A stretch of DNA of 63,833 nucleotides, counting the filler, from Bipalium vagum (Eukaryota): assembly GCA_037834085.1 (NCBI GenBank). It is 3 parts of 3 records of this genome, joined end to end, with 100 filler letters (N's around TTAATTAATTAA, not from the genome) between each part and the next. Parts side by side here need not be neighbours in the genome. Positions count along the whole stretch, not along the records: positions 1 to 29,616 come from JBBMKC010019267.1; positions 29,717 to 48,168 come from JBBMKC010028916.1; 1 more part is not named here. One strand, written 5' to 3'. The notes beneath the pieces are model-generated. The model was not told where the DNA came from and made no database searches. It saw only the letters and a program-made list of their open reading frames with translations. Shown here in pieces: positions 12,381 to 30,862 of the stretch (position 1 is the first letter of the stretch; the number at the start of each line of letters is the position of its first letter). The position numbers and the translations under genes were made by a program.

Positions 12381-13617
12381 GTGCACAAAACTGAAGTGAT
12401 GTGGTGGTTACCCAAGATTCCATTTATAGACAGACTTCAATCACATATGAATTTCTCAATCCCATTGCATTGATTCCATGAACAAAAATATTGACTGTGT
12501 TCTTGTGATATCTGTTTTCTTTTCTGTATGCGCTTTTGTTTGTCCTATTGTACGGTTTGAGTGTGCAAAAGCTTTTTTATGACCATTGGTTGTGGCTTAA
12601 TCAATGAACAATTGATATGCAATGGAAAATGATATTGACGGGCTCATATGCTTGAACGTATGGTGTTGTGAGTTTCACCGGGATAATAAGTTCAAGCTCA
12701 ATTTGTTTAGTTTTTCGAATTCTATAATAATAATAATGATAATAATATGTAATTGGATTTCGTTTTGTAAGACCGTAAGTATGATAATTCATTGATTAAT
12801 TGTTCTAAATTAAGGCAGTGACATAAAAAAATCGGCAGTTCAGGGCATGATAAAACGGAAGGCTCTGGCACCGAATTCAATCAATTACAAATCTTTTAAT
12901 TAAAAATGAATATTACGTATTATGAAATTTGCAGAATGGATAAATTTGGAACTTTACGACCTATCACAACTTTTGTCATCATTAATATTAATTTCATATC
13001 AACATGCATTTATTAATATATTATTAATTATAATTTTTTAAATAATTTTTTATTAATTATTCAGCATAAATAACTTGAATTACATTTCTCATAACTTTAA
13101 TCAATTTAAGTTCAGTATCTCTTGATCTAACAGACGATGCTATATTTCCTCATCAAAAAGTATTTGAAAATCAAGTCGTTCTTATGATATGAGTGTAGGT
13201 TAATGATAAATGTAGAAAACTTACGATAACAGCTTACAATAAGAATGCTCAAGAAAATATTGACATAATGTTGTAAAACTCAATGAAAAGTATACTGAAA
13301 TAAATAGGTAACTTAACACACAAATTCGGTTTAGTTTTCAGGATGATTTATCTGTGCTTAACGTTTAGAAAAACTTTATATATTTAATGTTACGCCAAAT
13401 CGATAAAGCTAAATAATACTGAATCAATAAAATGTAATAAATCATTTGATACTAAATATATTTGATTAAATTTTCTGAGAAGTACGTTACCAGAAAATTA
13501 CCAGAGAACAGAATAAAGTAAGAGAAATCGATTTTAAATATATGGGAGTCCAAAAGTGTGTCTGATTCCAAAATTCAATTAACTACTTCAATAAAATCAT
13601 AGTTTTCTGTAAAAATA

Positions 13618-14832
13618 TATTGTGCACCCAAATTATCCTACCAGCTTGAAAACGAATACTAAAAGCATTCATTTGATAGTTATACTGAATTTTTATTACC
13701 ACCCCAGATATCATCATAATTTATATATAGGTTATGTATATGGATTTTATAATCACGTGAATTTCTACATAGTATAAATTTTGAAAAGAAAGAATTGCTA
13801 TCATACTTGAAGTTTGATTCTTCCAATGTGAGGTTGCGCAAGGGACCACAAAACTGTAGCATATTAGTGGAATATATAGCAAGAAACTTGGAGTATTGAA
13901 TGCAAAGAAAGTCGAGAGCGACATAGTCTTCATACTGAGCGCATGGACAGAACAATTTGCCATTATATTCGGTAATTTCGATTCTAGTCTTACAGGCTTC
14001 AAAGACAACAGAACTTAGCTTTATAGTCTGTCTCTTAGAAGTTTACAGAGCTGATTTTCGTTCATTTTGGCCGATTATCAGAATTCAACTGATAATTCCA
14101 CTAAATCATTCTAATCGGTTAATTTGGCGCAACGAAAGAATTTATTGGCTTAATGAAAGTTGGTAGGAGGTTGTTTTTAGCGACAAATCATGGTTCTGCT
14201 TGGATATACAGAATGGAAGAGTTTGAGTCAGGTGGCAAATTACACAACGGTTTTGGATTGTTGCAAAGTATAACACCACTAATTTGGATTAATCTCAATT
14301 ATTATGTGGGCAGTCCTGTCTTCTCAACAATTAAGCCGTTTAATAATGATTTATGGAACTTTGAAGAGTGAGAAGTATGCTACAAAATTATTGAGAAAAA
14401 CATTGTATATTTAATGAAACAACACAAAAACTTCTGGTTCAGTATGACAATGCTAGCTACCTTAAAGAAAAATGCATCAATACCATTCCATGACCTTTGC
14501 GCTATTCGGATCTTTCTTTTATAGAGTATTTGTCGTATGTACTTGGCAGAAGATTACAAATGGAGTATGCGGAACCACGTACTTGCCTGGGATCTTTAAA
14601 ACAACGGCTGAAAGAGTAGTGGAATTTTATTCCTTTAGAAACAGTCAAGTCTTTGTTCAACAGTGCTGAATGTTCTGAAAAGAATGAGGACCATACATAC
14701 TACTAATAGAAATTTTATCAATGTTTTTTTGGCATTTGTAACTTTGTTTTTAACAAGAATAAATTAATAGGAATTTTAAATTATTTTTTTTAATCATTTT
14801 CCTACGTGGCAGGATAATTTTGGCGCACAGTA
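13618..14832 (+). mobile_element. Near full-length degenerate Tc1-like element with both TIRs and TA flanks
   Basis: Left end TATTGTGCACCCAAATTATCCTACCA; right end reverse complement TACTGTGCGCCAAAAATTATCCTGCCA. Transposase relics: NRLIWRNERIYWLNESW*EVVFSDKS, LLVQYDNA, and NTIP*PLRYSDLSFIEYL (canonical WPARSPDLNPIENLW). Confidence 0.85.
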
Positions 14833-15949
14833 TATTTTTCACATCTTTTGCGAATCAGTTTTTAATTTCAATTTATCATAAATTATCAGCATTTTTTAAA
14901 AAATATTAATTTTCATCACGGTTTATAAGTTGATATTACGTCAGTATCGTAATATCATTGCTAAGCGCATGGAGAAATTGATTGGTCACCATCAACATCA
15001 TGATACATGCATACAGTTTAGATATCAAATTTTTTTAAGAACAATGGCAGCAGTCATTTGAGGTGCTGGTTTTATCAATGCTTATCAAATGATGACATTT
15101 GAGACAAATATTCTTTAACTTTTTTTACTCTTATTGCTTTATCTGTCTATTAACTGATTTTAAATCGCTTATAAAAGATAATTCTTCAGGTCTACATATT
15201 CCAGAATCCTTCAAGATTTACAATTAATAAGAAATAATTAATAATATTGTAGATAAAAAAATGATAACCTCAGCCAATAAAATAGCGAGGATAAGATAAA
15301 AATAATAATAGGTTAAATAATGGCTTTATTGAGTCAGAATAATAATATATTAATTAATTAATTGGATTAATAATCAATTTTATTCAAACAACTATGGTGA
15401 AAAAAGCGGTCAAGCGAATCACCTTAAGTCCAGTAAGGCTAGAATCAATAAGTTTAAAAGCCATGATTAACATCATCCAAGGCGTTTGACTTAATATTCG
15501 AGCATAACTGTTAAATTTCTCAAAAGGGTGGAGGTAATTATCAACAAATCGACTGAGAACTTAACGTGTAGAAGGATTTTATAACATTATTGTTCTTATT
15601 CCATTAATTAACAAAAATAAATAAGTGAAAATCAAATAGTTTCTTATAAATTATATTTATAATTACAGTGTACAAAATCGATCTTTGTGTACAAATTAAA
15701 ATCTTTGAAAATACCCCAATTTACTTACGATTACTAAAAGTAGAGAATCTTCTCGTACGATATTTCTATCAGCATCTCAGAAGTTCTTGAAGATGATAGT
15801 TCGTAGCCATAATAAGTATGCGAGCTATAAAAAAAATTAGTTGAATTAGAAATGAAAAAAGAACAATAGCGTTATTTAATCTATGGGTCTAGAGCCATTA
15901 TATTTATTTTCAATTATTATTAAGAAGCTGATTTCTTGGATAATTATAA

Positions 15950-16408
15950 CCCATAGACAAAAGTATTGGAGGATCCTGGTATCTGAATTTGGGCTTTGTC
16001 ACGTGAATTGAATGTTTCCCCTTCTACCATGAGACTTGCACTGAATGAAGACTTTTACTACTATTAATACAAGCGTCTCAGAGATAAATTTCTTATCCAA
16101 AATACCCGGGAAAATTGTTTGACAAAGGTGAAGAAACTTCTGCGCAAATTAAGCTGAAGTAAAAACAATCTAAGTTATCCTTGGATGAAAAAATTTTTTA
16201 CCAGGATCAAAAGTACAACATCAAGAACAACAGATGGTTTGTATACAGTGCAAAAGATACTCCTCGAATCAATCAAACTACATTTCCCCAAGCTGTCATG
16301 GTCTTCGGATGCCTTCTCTAAGGATGATATAATGCCTCCACATTTTTTTAAAAAGGGTCTCAGGACTATGTGTACCAAAAATACACGAACTGTTGGTTTC
16401 ACCCTAAT
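15950..16408 (+). mobile_element. maT/DD37D-type Tc1/mariner transposase fragment
   Basis: Reads DPGI*IWALSRELNVSPSTMRLALNEDF...TRENCLTKVKKLLRKL...LDEKIFYQDQKYNIKNNRW...TTFPQAVMVFGC...IMPPHFFKKGLR. This matches the maT motifs SDEKNF.QDQ..N..NDRW, TKFPA.VMV.G and MPPHFF..GLR. Confidence 0.8.
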
Positions 16409-18810
16409 AAATATTAAGACCTTGACCTTTAAATCAAAAAATCCTTTATGTTTGCTCCTTTTTTCGATTTTTTTTCTTTGTACAGTTTATATATTGATTA
16501 GCCTAGATAACTGTCTGTATGACCTCTGAGACACTGATACAAGTACCGTGAAAATAGATTTTCATCGTTCAATTTCTAAATCTTAAATTTTTGAAGTTAC
16601 ACTGACTAAATTTTGCTTTTTGTATTAAAAATAATTTATGAATTTTAATTGTGTTATTTCAGTTATTTAAACGCACATTAAACACGCATAATTCTTAATT
16701 TAAATTTATTTCAAACTCTTATCAACCTCCAAATTTTCGTACTGGCTCATTCGCAACTAATCACAATAAATGCATAACAACAAAATTTTCTAAAAATTAT
16801 TTGAAGAGAACTAAGCACAATGTTAATCACAAGCAATATTGACTGTTACTCTATTCAAATTTTCCTAGATCATTTTACCAAATTTTTCTTTAAGATCTCT
16901 TCCCAACAAATAATTCTTATGAAAATTGCTGCCAGGTTCGTTTCACAAAATTATTTTCAAAAAAGGTCTCCAAATTGTTTCTCTATATGTTTTCCCAATT
17001 TTTTCTAACTCAATCAGTTTTGCGACTTCCTAAAATAGGATTTCACAGACCTTCATCGATTCATATCTACAATGGATTACTACAGAGAGCTGGAAGCTCT
17101 CATTGGTAGATCGAACTACTGAACTGATTAATTAATGATCACTCCTTCAGACGTCTCTCTTCATCCTTTGTCATCCCTTTTTCCTTCGCTTCCCTCTTTC
17201 AGGCATCTTGACCAATATGTACCTATTCAGAGCAATCTCATTGCAGAGAAATAAATACACGAAATTGATGCTGACTTATCAGTATGAAAACTGTTGAGGT
17301 TCGACTCATATCTTCTAACTTTCTTTAAATACAATCTTTGGCAAAAATTAAAATTTAAATAATATTTGGCTAACTTAAATTATAAATTCAATTTAATTAA
17401 ATAATTTATAAAAAATAATTTTAAAATATAATTTTACAAACAACTACTGATTTCTAATCAGTAGTATGTCACTCTAAAATTCTTTAATTGTAATTTTAGA
17501 ATGTAAATTTGTTTTTAGTAACAATTAATTATAGAAGGTACATTATGACTGACAACTTAACTGGCCAATCAGAGGCGATAAAATGAACTGAAAAATAATA
17601 TATATACCATATTTTAAATGATAAAATATTCGTTTATTATTTTTCGTCCAGAAAATTATCAGAAGACAACAAGTATGGTTTTTGATAATTTTATTTTTGC
17701 TGACTAGGGTTTCCCTAGCACAGCGTTTAATTGAGGGTTTGTTGTTTTTTAGTGACTGCCTGTTGCAGTTCGCTTATTGTAAATAAAAATGGTTTCATCT
17801 TTATTTTATTCAATACACTTAGAGAATTAGTTTGTTTTTTGTTAGAAGGTGAAATTACAAGCTCTTTAGGTAAGCTCACAACATCAGTAGAAGTCAGGTA
17901 AGCTAATTAAGAGTTAACGCCAGCAACACGAAGTACATCCCGTGTGTTTAAGTGTATTAGTATATCTGTATCTGTTTGTCAAAATCAAAAAAGCCTGCCA
18001 AAGATGGTTTTTAATCAACTTTTTCTATAATATAATTAACTACTTATTTATACTTTTTAGATTATGTGAACCTCAGTTAGGTAATGATTAACTACAATTT
18101 TGAGTAATTATGCCCCATGAATTTAAAAGTACTAATAATACAACAGAATCAATACGAATTATCAACAAATCATGAGGAAAAGTTTCAGTTTCGGAACCCA
18201 CAACTCATTGAATTTGAATCAAAACCTGTTTTTTTACTCAAAGAAAATGAAAATTATAAAAGAAAGGTATCTACTGTGCAAATCATCAATAACTTCATGA
18301 TGGAAAAAAAACGGGAACGGAAAGATCCTATTTTTTATATGTTCCGTAAACTATACACAACTTTAGGTTGTTAATGGAAAAGGAATATAAGAACTTTTTT
18401 GACCAAATTATCTCTAATTTATTCACAGAAATATTTACCATTTACGGTTCCACCTTGATTTAATCATTAAATGCTCACATACAACACTCAGAACATTCAA
18501 GAATGGATGATGTGCGAGAAAACCCTGCTTATTTACATGAAACAGGTTTTAATATAATAAATATTTTGTCTGAAATTTTGTCACAAATTTCTCATTAAAA
18601 GTCGTCCCAGTAGAAACATTTTTAAATCGGTCACTTTCATATAAATGCTAAAAAGGCGTAAAATAGGGCATTTATTTTCCAAATATCATTCATCAATTCA
18701 TCATCCAATAATAATAAGGAATAGTAATATAAAAATAAAGTAACACAAATTCTTCAATAAAGATATATATATAATAAGCATATAAACTTTCAAACAGAAA
18801 AATAAGCTCC

Positions 18811-24379
<5,569 letters not shown>

Positions 24380-25268
24380 TTACGGACAAAACCTCATTGA
24401 TTTATTTCAATTGAGAGCAATAAATTTCTATGAAATGGCTACAGCAAAAATTGTTCACATGTATAATCGGTGGATGAGTTTAATTTTTTGCATTTTTATT
24501 GGCTCTTAAGATTTTATTTTTAGTAACATTTTCTTTATGAAAGTGAGATTTCTGCTTTAGATTCAGTTCTCTTTAGTGTGTACGTAAAAATAAGTAATTA
24601 TCCAAGAATAATTAAAAACCAGTTATTCAAACTGTCAAATGACTTCAATTCTAACTATTTTAATTGTAAAAATATAATATATATTTATTTTATATAAATA
24701 TTAACCAAGGTCTTGGATTCGACAACTGTCATTTTAACTTCGAATGTTTATTTTAATCTCAAATTTATCTTAATTTCATAAAAATCTTTTACTACCCTAA
24801 CTACTGAACTATTTTAAAATGCCTCAGAAAGTGTCTTTGTCAATTAATATTTTCTCTCGCATTTTTGTAAATTTTATATTACAACAATAAATTAGGTCAT
24901 GATATATTGATTAAATAGTTATAACAATTTTAAGTTAATTCGCTTGAAGACTGAAACGGATTTATACTGGACGAAGAATTTCCATAAATATCAATTTTAT
25001 CATATTCTTCATTTTCACAATTTTCGATATATTCAGATAACCAATTTTAAAAACAGAAAAAGCGAACCAATTTCATTTCCTAACTCATTATTATCACCTC
25101 AATTTGATCTTTAACTGTGAGATGTTTATAACTACTCGTCGATATATATTGAATTTTATAAAGTCTAAAGCACTTTAAAAAATTCAATAATCAAGAGAGA
25201 CGTGATGGAAACGTAAAGCCGAAACCACAAAATTAAAATTTATCAACAATAAAATAGTTATTATTTAT

Positions 25269-26752
25269 TTAAGAAACGTGGTGGATCATCTTTTCCTTAT
25301 TGATCAGATGATTGGTTTTCTTGATCAAGCTCAGTAATTGGTTGATGTTGTACGACCAATCATTAACGATTTCCGTTGCATCCTGACTCTTGGTGAAATG
25401 AGCGATTCCCAACAATCGATCGATTTTTGCTTCAATCGTTTTGTTGACCACTAAATCAGACAGAAATTTTTCAAGAACCGTTTCGTCGATGTCGAGCATG
25501 GTTGTGATCTTGCTCAGTCTCACTTGGGTGTAATATTCGGCCATAATGCGAATGTTGTGCTCGATGACACGATTGTGCAGCTGCTCCCAGCGCTTGTCGC
25601 CCTCTGAATCGGAGCGGAAGATAGCGTCCTTCCTCAGCTCGACCTCATAACTGGAACAGAACACGCGCCAAACCATCACCTCTTTTGTGCAAAAAGCTAC
25701 GATTATGTCCCTGGAATGAATTTTAAGGTCATAGGTTTCGGAACTAAATCGATTACTAACCTGATTATGGGCAGTTTTTCCAAATCCTTTTCGCAGATTT
25801 TTTTGTGTCGATACAACAGGTCATTCTGCTCGTGATCAAACGGGGCCAGTAAAAGGAACAGCATTACGTTCTTAAGGTTCTAAATAAAAAAAATATTGAT
25901 TAAAAAGCGCTGCAGGAACGAAACAAAAATCACTTTACCAAAAGACGAGTTTCTTCGACTGCGTTTATGGATTTCGATTGATAAATCTCGTAGTAGTGTT
26001 TGCTGATGTTGAGATAATTGTTCTCAAAAAGGTCAAGATCAATCATCAGGTTGTAATATTTTAGCTTCAGTGGTTCAAAACTTTCGTCAGCAAACGATTT
26101 CAGTGAAATCTTTTTACTGATTATCTGAGTCCGAATAGTGTCCTTTTTGGCGAAGCACAATCTCATTTGCTCGAGAATGAACTCTATTTTCTCTTGCTTG
26201 TCCATCGTGCCATATGTTTCCACTTGTAAGTCTTGCAAAATAGCCGCTGCTCCTTCAATGTCACCTTTGCTTTCCTTTATGTCCGCCAATCGCTTGCTCA
26301 CTCGAGCTCGTTCCACTTCGACATAAATTTTACCTTCTGTAACATCTCGAATAGCTGTAATCAAATTCAACATGTCCTCTTCGTTTGATGTTTGATCAAT
26401 GTACTCGCAGGCTTTTTGTACCATTTTCGTTACTGCTTGCTTCAATTGACTTCGCTTTTTGGCAAATATACTCATGACTTCGTTTAATTTTTTCCACTCC
26501 TTTCTTTTAGCACACAATTCAATTCCACATTCCAATAATCTACCTGTTGAAATTGCATCAGAAGCCTATAAATAAATCAGCAAAATTTTTATGATAAATC
26601 TTTTCATGACTTACCAATCTTGTCAACTTTTCACAAACATATAATTTTTCTAATGCTTCGTTTATATTTTCATTAGATTCAATATCGCATATCCATTTCT
26701 CGATTTCACCTGAATAATCGATTTCCATTTTTAATATGGTACTATCAGCCAT
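25269..26752 (-). CDS. PSMD12: 26S proteasome non-ATPase regulatory subunit 12 (Rpn5), 4 exons, 441 aa
   Basis: complement(join(25269..25710,25761..25879,25939..26565,26615..26752)) = 1326 nt, with three 49-59 nt GT-AG introns. Motifs: KMEIDYS, EKLTRLASD, KRSQLKQAVTKMVQ, VTEGKIYVEVERAR, LQVETYGTM, FILEQMRLC, LAPFDHEQNDLL, RVIEHNIRIMAEYY, AKIDRLLGI, HLINKEKMIH. Confidence 0.96.
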
Positions 26753-26929
26753 TACAAAAATCAAATATCTATTATTAATATAATTTTAAAAAATATTATT
26801 GCAGAAAAAATGATAATCTATTTAAACAAATATCATTTAATGCTACTCAAAAATTTTTAAAAATATATTAAAAGTAATATATATTAATTTTAAATTAGTA
26901 CTTTTACTTTATTGAAAATTTAATACATA

Positions 26930-27258
26930 CAATGCTGTCCATACGTTTTGAGCCACCATATAAAAATACACATAAAATTATGATTTAAATTGTTTTATGA
27001 TTTTAACTATTTTAATTTAGTTGCACTGCAATCCCAATTTTAATTGCAATTTTAATTGAATTAATTAATTGAGTTGTAATAATAATTATAAGAACAATGA
27101 TTATTATCAATAAGCCTCAGCGCCGAGATTGAAAATGAGAAATAGTACTCCATCGTTGAAGTTATCAATTTCTGTTGTCTCGTCGTTGAGACAAAGATAG
27201 AAATTAGAGGCTATTGATGGAAATTTTAGAGGTGACCCAAAACATATGGACGGCATTG
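26930..27258. mobile_element. Non-autonomous Tc1-type MITE (329 bp) with TA target duplication
   Basis: Left end TA-CAATGCTGTCCATACGTTTTGAG; right end reverse complement TA-CAATGCCGTCCATATGTTTTGGG. Confidence 0.8.
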
Positions 27259-28231
27259 TACATTGAAAAACTTATCTAAAAAGATCGGAAGCCGAAAAAT
27301 ACATAAAGACCACAAAGAATACCCTTTTGTATATAAATGAAAAATCCCTAAAAACAGCAAGTCAGCTTTTGATTGATTGGAAATCAACCGAAACACAAAA
27401 GCAAATTAAAATTTGCATTTTAAAAAATTTTGGTTAATGGAATAATTTATCATTTTTAAAAATTTAATAAAAAAATTACTACAAGTCCAACCTATAAATA
27501 TAATAAAATATAAATTTAAATAAGTAGTATGTAAATGGTGCGGTAAATCTATAAATAAAAACTTCTTATTTCTTTTATTATTTATTTTCATGATTTTGCA
27601 ATTTATAATTTTAAAAATTTGTAATCTTTATAAATACATGGCTTTTAGAAACTCGATTATTTTTAGGTGATTAACTTTTTACTATACTAAAAATGACTAA
27701 AATTAAAAAGGATTTATTTTGAGATATTTTTAATGAAAATTATAAAACTAAAGCTGGATTTTTTAAAATCTAAAAATCATTTAGAAAATTTATAGGAAAT
27801 AAATATTAATATTTTTAATGAACTACCTGGACATGATTCTATATATATATAAGTGAAATTAAAATAGGAGATAAAATTAAAAACCATTAAAAATTTTTAA
27901 TTTAAAATTAAGCAAATTTTGTATTTTAAAATATTAAAGCGGATATTAATAAAAATATTTTTTAAAATTTTTAAAATGAATAACTAGACGTACTTTAATA
28001 TTATTTTAATTATATAAATTATAAATTTAGTTATTAAATTTTTATTTAATGTAAATTTTTTCACCCCAACAAAATTGATTCAGAAACAAATAAAAATGAA
28101 ATGTTAATTAATTAATTTTATTCAAAATGTTCCAATATCTAATATCAATATTTTATTTACTTAATATTTTTAATATACATAAGTTTATTTGATTAAAAAG
28201 CAAATATTTTTAAACATAACTATTTTTAAGG

Positions 28232-28537
28232 GTGGCCAAAAAATGTGCTCATCAGTATATGAAATTTGATAAATTTAATTATGAAGGTCTTTTTGTATTA
28301 GAATATTCTAAATTAATAATGTATGATTTTGTATATAATTGTTTAGAAACAGAATTACCTGGAAAATATAAAATTCATTCTGGTGACCCTGATTCATTAT
28401 TTATTGAATTTATATTAGTCACAAATGAATCTCTTAAGGATATAGAAAATAAACTATCAAATTATTTAGGAGATGAATTATTTCAATTTACAGATGCGAA
28501 ACCAAATGAAATATTTAAAGAAGTTTTTTTAATATAA
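28232..28537 (+). mobile_element. Polinton/Maverick-type protein-primed DNA polymerase B C-terminal relic
   Basis: Reads MKFDKFNYEGLFVLEYSKLIMYDFVYN...KYKIHSGDPDSLFIEF...GDELFQFTDA. This matches the pPolB pattern KP.Y.G..ILELSKL.MYDF.YN...LLYTDTDSL..E...G.FKDE, with catalytic YTDTDS altered to SGDPDS. It lies in an extremely AT-rich tract (~27380-29616). Confidence 0.75.
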
Positions 28538-29616
28538 ATTTTATGCTTATGAAATAATAAATAATACAACTAAAGAAATATTATTTGGTAAACTACTCCA
28601 TTAATAAATAGATTTTCTGGTCTTTTAAATTAAACCAAAGATAGAATATAACTTTTGAAATTCTAATAAAATTAGTTGAGGGTTATGATTAAAATATTTA
28701 CATGCTTTTACATTATTTGAATAAACTATATTATTTTTAAATTTTTAAAATTGAATTGGATTTGAAGGATAATAAAAATTATTCACTTGTGTCCTTAAAG
28801 ATCTTTTTTTTTATCTTGAATAAAAAAACTAGTATTTTTATTAAAATCCAATTCTGATTCTCTAAAACCTATAAAAATATAAATTGGTTGATTTGGTACA
28901 TTATAATTAAGAAGTTTGTGTTGTACTTTCTGTAAGCTTTCTTTTTTTACAATCTCTTGATAAAAATTTTATTTTTATAGATTTTTCCATCATCAATTCT
29001 TGAAAGTAATTCTAGTTCTCTAGTTGGGTTTAATCGGAATTCTGGAAAAAATTTTTATATGTATTAAGTTTTTTTAGCACCACCTTTGGGCTCATAAAAT
29101 ATTTCTTTATCAATATTTATTCTTCGAGTGAGAGTCAATTCTCCTTGCATTATTATAAATAATTCTATTGAAAGATTTTTAAAACCCAAAGATCAATTTT
29201 AATGGAAAATCACCTCTAAATGTATTACTTGAATACAAACCTTTTCTTTTTATGATTATGTGGAGACTACGATCAAACAAGACTCCAAAAACACAATCAG
29301 CACCCAATTCGTGAATTTATTGATAAACTTTTTGTGCTTCAATTCATGAACTTATTGATAAACTTTTTGTGCTTATACCTTTGTGATTACCACACAACAC
29401 TTTATACCTTTGTTTGTGATTAACAACAACATTTTGTGAAAATGCATGTAACTTTATTTATTTTTGTGTATTAAATTTAAAATATATTTGTTGTAAGAAA
29501 TTGTTTTAATGTTAACAATTCTGACCGAAAAAATAGTTGAAATATAAATAATTAAAATAATTAAATAAATTAAATAATAATAAATTAATAATTTAAAAAA
29601 TATAATAATATTATTA

Positions 29617-29716
29617 NNNNNNNNNNNNNNNNNNNNNNNNNNNNNNNNNNNNNNNNNNNNTTAATTAATTAANNNNNNNNNNNNNNNNNNNNNNNNNNNN
29701 NNNNNNNNNNNNNNNN
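29617..29716. other. Assembly gap with artificial TTAATTAATTAA linker
   Basis: 44 N + TTAATTAATTAA + 44 N = 100 nt. The identical structure occurs at 48169-48268. Confidence 0.95.
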
Positions 29717-29763
29717 GAAACATTATTCGTTATCTTAGTTATTTCAGTGTTCTCTTATTATAT

Positions 29764-30420
29764 ACACTTCCTTCAAACGGGAGTTGGTGAGCCTAAGTTT
29801 AGTCATAATCTAAAAGTAATTAATAAATCTTTGTCGGTGTTCAAACCCAACAAATGGTTCAGAATTCATAAAATTTATTAAAATACACAATATGAAAAAA
29901 TATTGATTGTTAATAACGAGCGTAGGATCTACGACCCTGCGTGACACTTTCAACTCTTCGCGGCTTGGAAGAAGTTATTGAATGACAAAATGAATTGTTG
30001 TTGATCAAATCAATCCAAATTTTTTGTAGCCGAAGGAACAGATCATCAGCCTTTTTCAGGTGGTTTAGGGTATTTCTGGATCTTAGTTTTCATTATGGCC
30101 CAACAATTTTCAATGAGTTTTAAATCTAGACTGTATGCTGGTACATTAAAAACATGGATATTACTGGCTTGTAACCAATGATGTGTATGTCGAGCGTTAT
30201 GAACCTGACTATTATCTTGTCATAACGCCAACTTGGCATTTGGGGGAAGATGGCATTTGGACGTCTGCAAAAGATTATCTAGTAATAATTTAGTGTATCG
30301 GTGTGCATTCAGTCATCCTTCAATTCTCTGTAAATTGGTATACCCATACAAGTTAAATGCTGCCCACACATTGATACTTTCAGCTGATCTATTTCTTTAT
30401 ATTTCTGTATATCATATTGA
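29764..30420 (-). mobile_element. Tc1 (DD34E) 3' half
   Basis: Reads SINVWAAFNLYGYTNLQRIEG*LNAHRYTKLL...L*QDNSQVHNARHTHHWLQASNIHVFNVPAYSLDLKLIENCWAIMK, with 34 residues between D and E. A possible terminus TA-CACTTCCTTCAAAC lies at 29762. Confidence 0.85.
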
Positions 30421-30582
30421 ACTAAGAAATTAATTAAAAAATAATAAACAGAAAATGTACGAAAATAACAAAATTAGGAAAGTATAAATACATAATATAC
30501 AAGATAACTAATTTTTAAAATTTGAATAGATTTCGAAGAAGCATTTGATGGAACAGTTTAATATATTTTTTCTTTTATCTTC

Positions 30583-30862
30583 TTGGAAAATCCGTTTGGT
30601 CGTGAAGATTTAGTTTCTAGAGGATTTCCAAATGAATGGCCTACCAAAAGCCTTGATCTAACATCCTTGAATTTCTGGTTATGGTCATTATTGAAAAGTT
30701 TATCTAAACGACAATCACTCATATATAAATTTGAAACCCTAAAGGGAGGTTTAATACAAGCTGTACAAAACGTGATAGAATAAAAGCTTCAAGAAGTTGA
30801 AGAAAATATCACTCGTAGGATGAAAGTATGTTTGGTAAATGAGGGTGGAAACTTCGAATAAA
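30583..30862 (+). mobile_element. rosa/DD41D-type transposase C-terminal fragment
   Basis: Reads LVSRGFPNEWPTKSLDLTSLNFWLWSLLKS...ENITRRMKVCLVNEGGNFE (canonical ISR....WPPRSPDLTPLDFFLWG.LK...R...C....GGHFE). Confidence 0.8.

Noticed and set aside
17030-18374. GC-richer patches, hairpin CTAGGG-TTT-CCCTAG (~17704), two GTAAGC donor-like sites and an 85-aa ORF
   Set aside because: I could not assemble a phase-consistent gene or identify an element, and the hairpin alone is insufficient for a Helitron end.
29661-29672. TTAATTAATTAA palindrome centred in N runs (also 48213-48224)
   Set aside because: The identical 44N-12-44N layout with stops in all six frames marks an artificial scaffolding linker, not biology.
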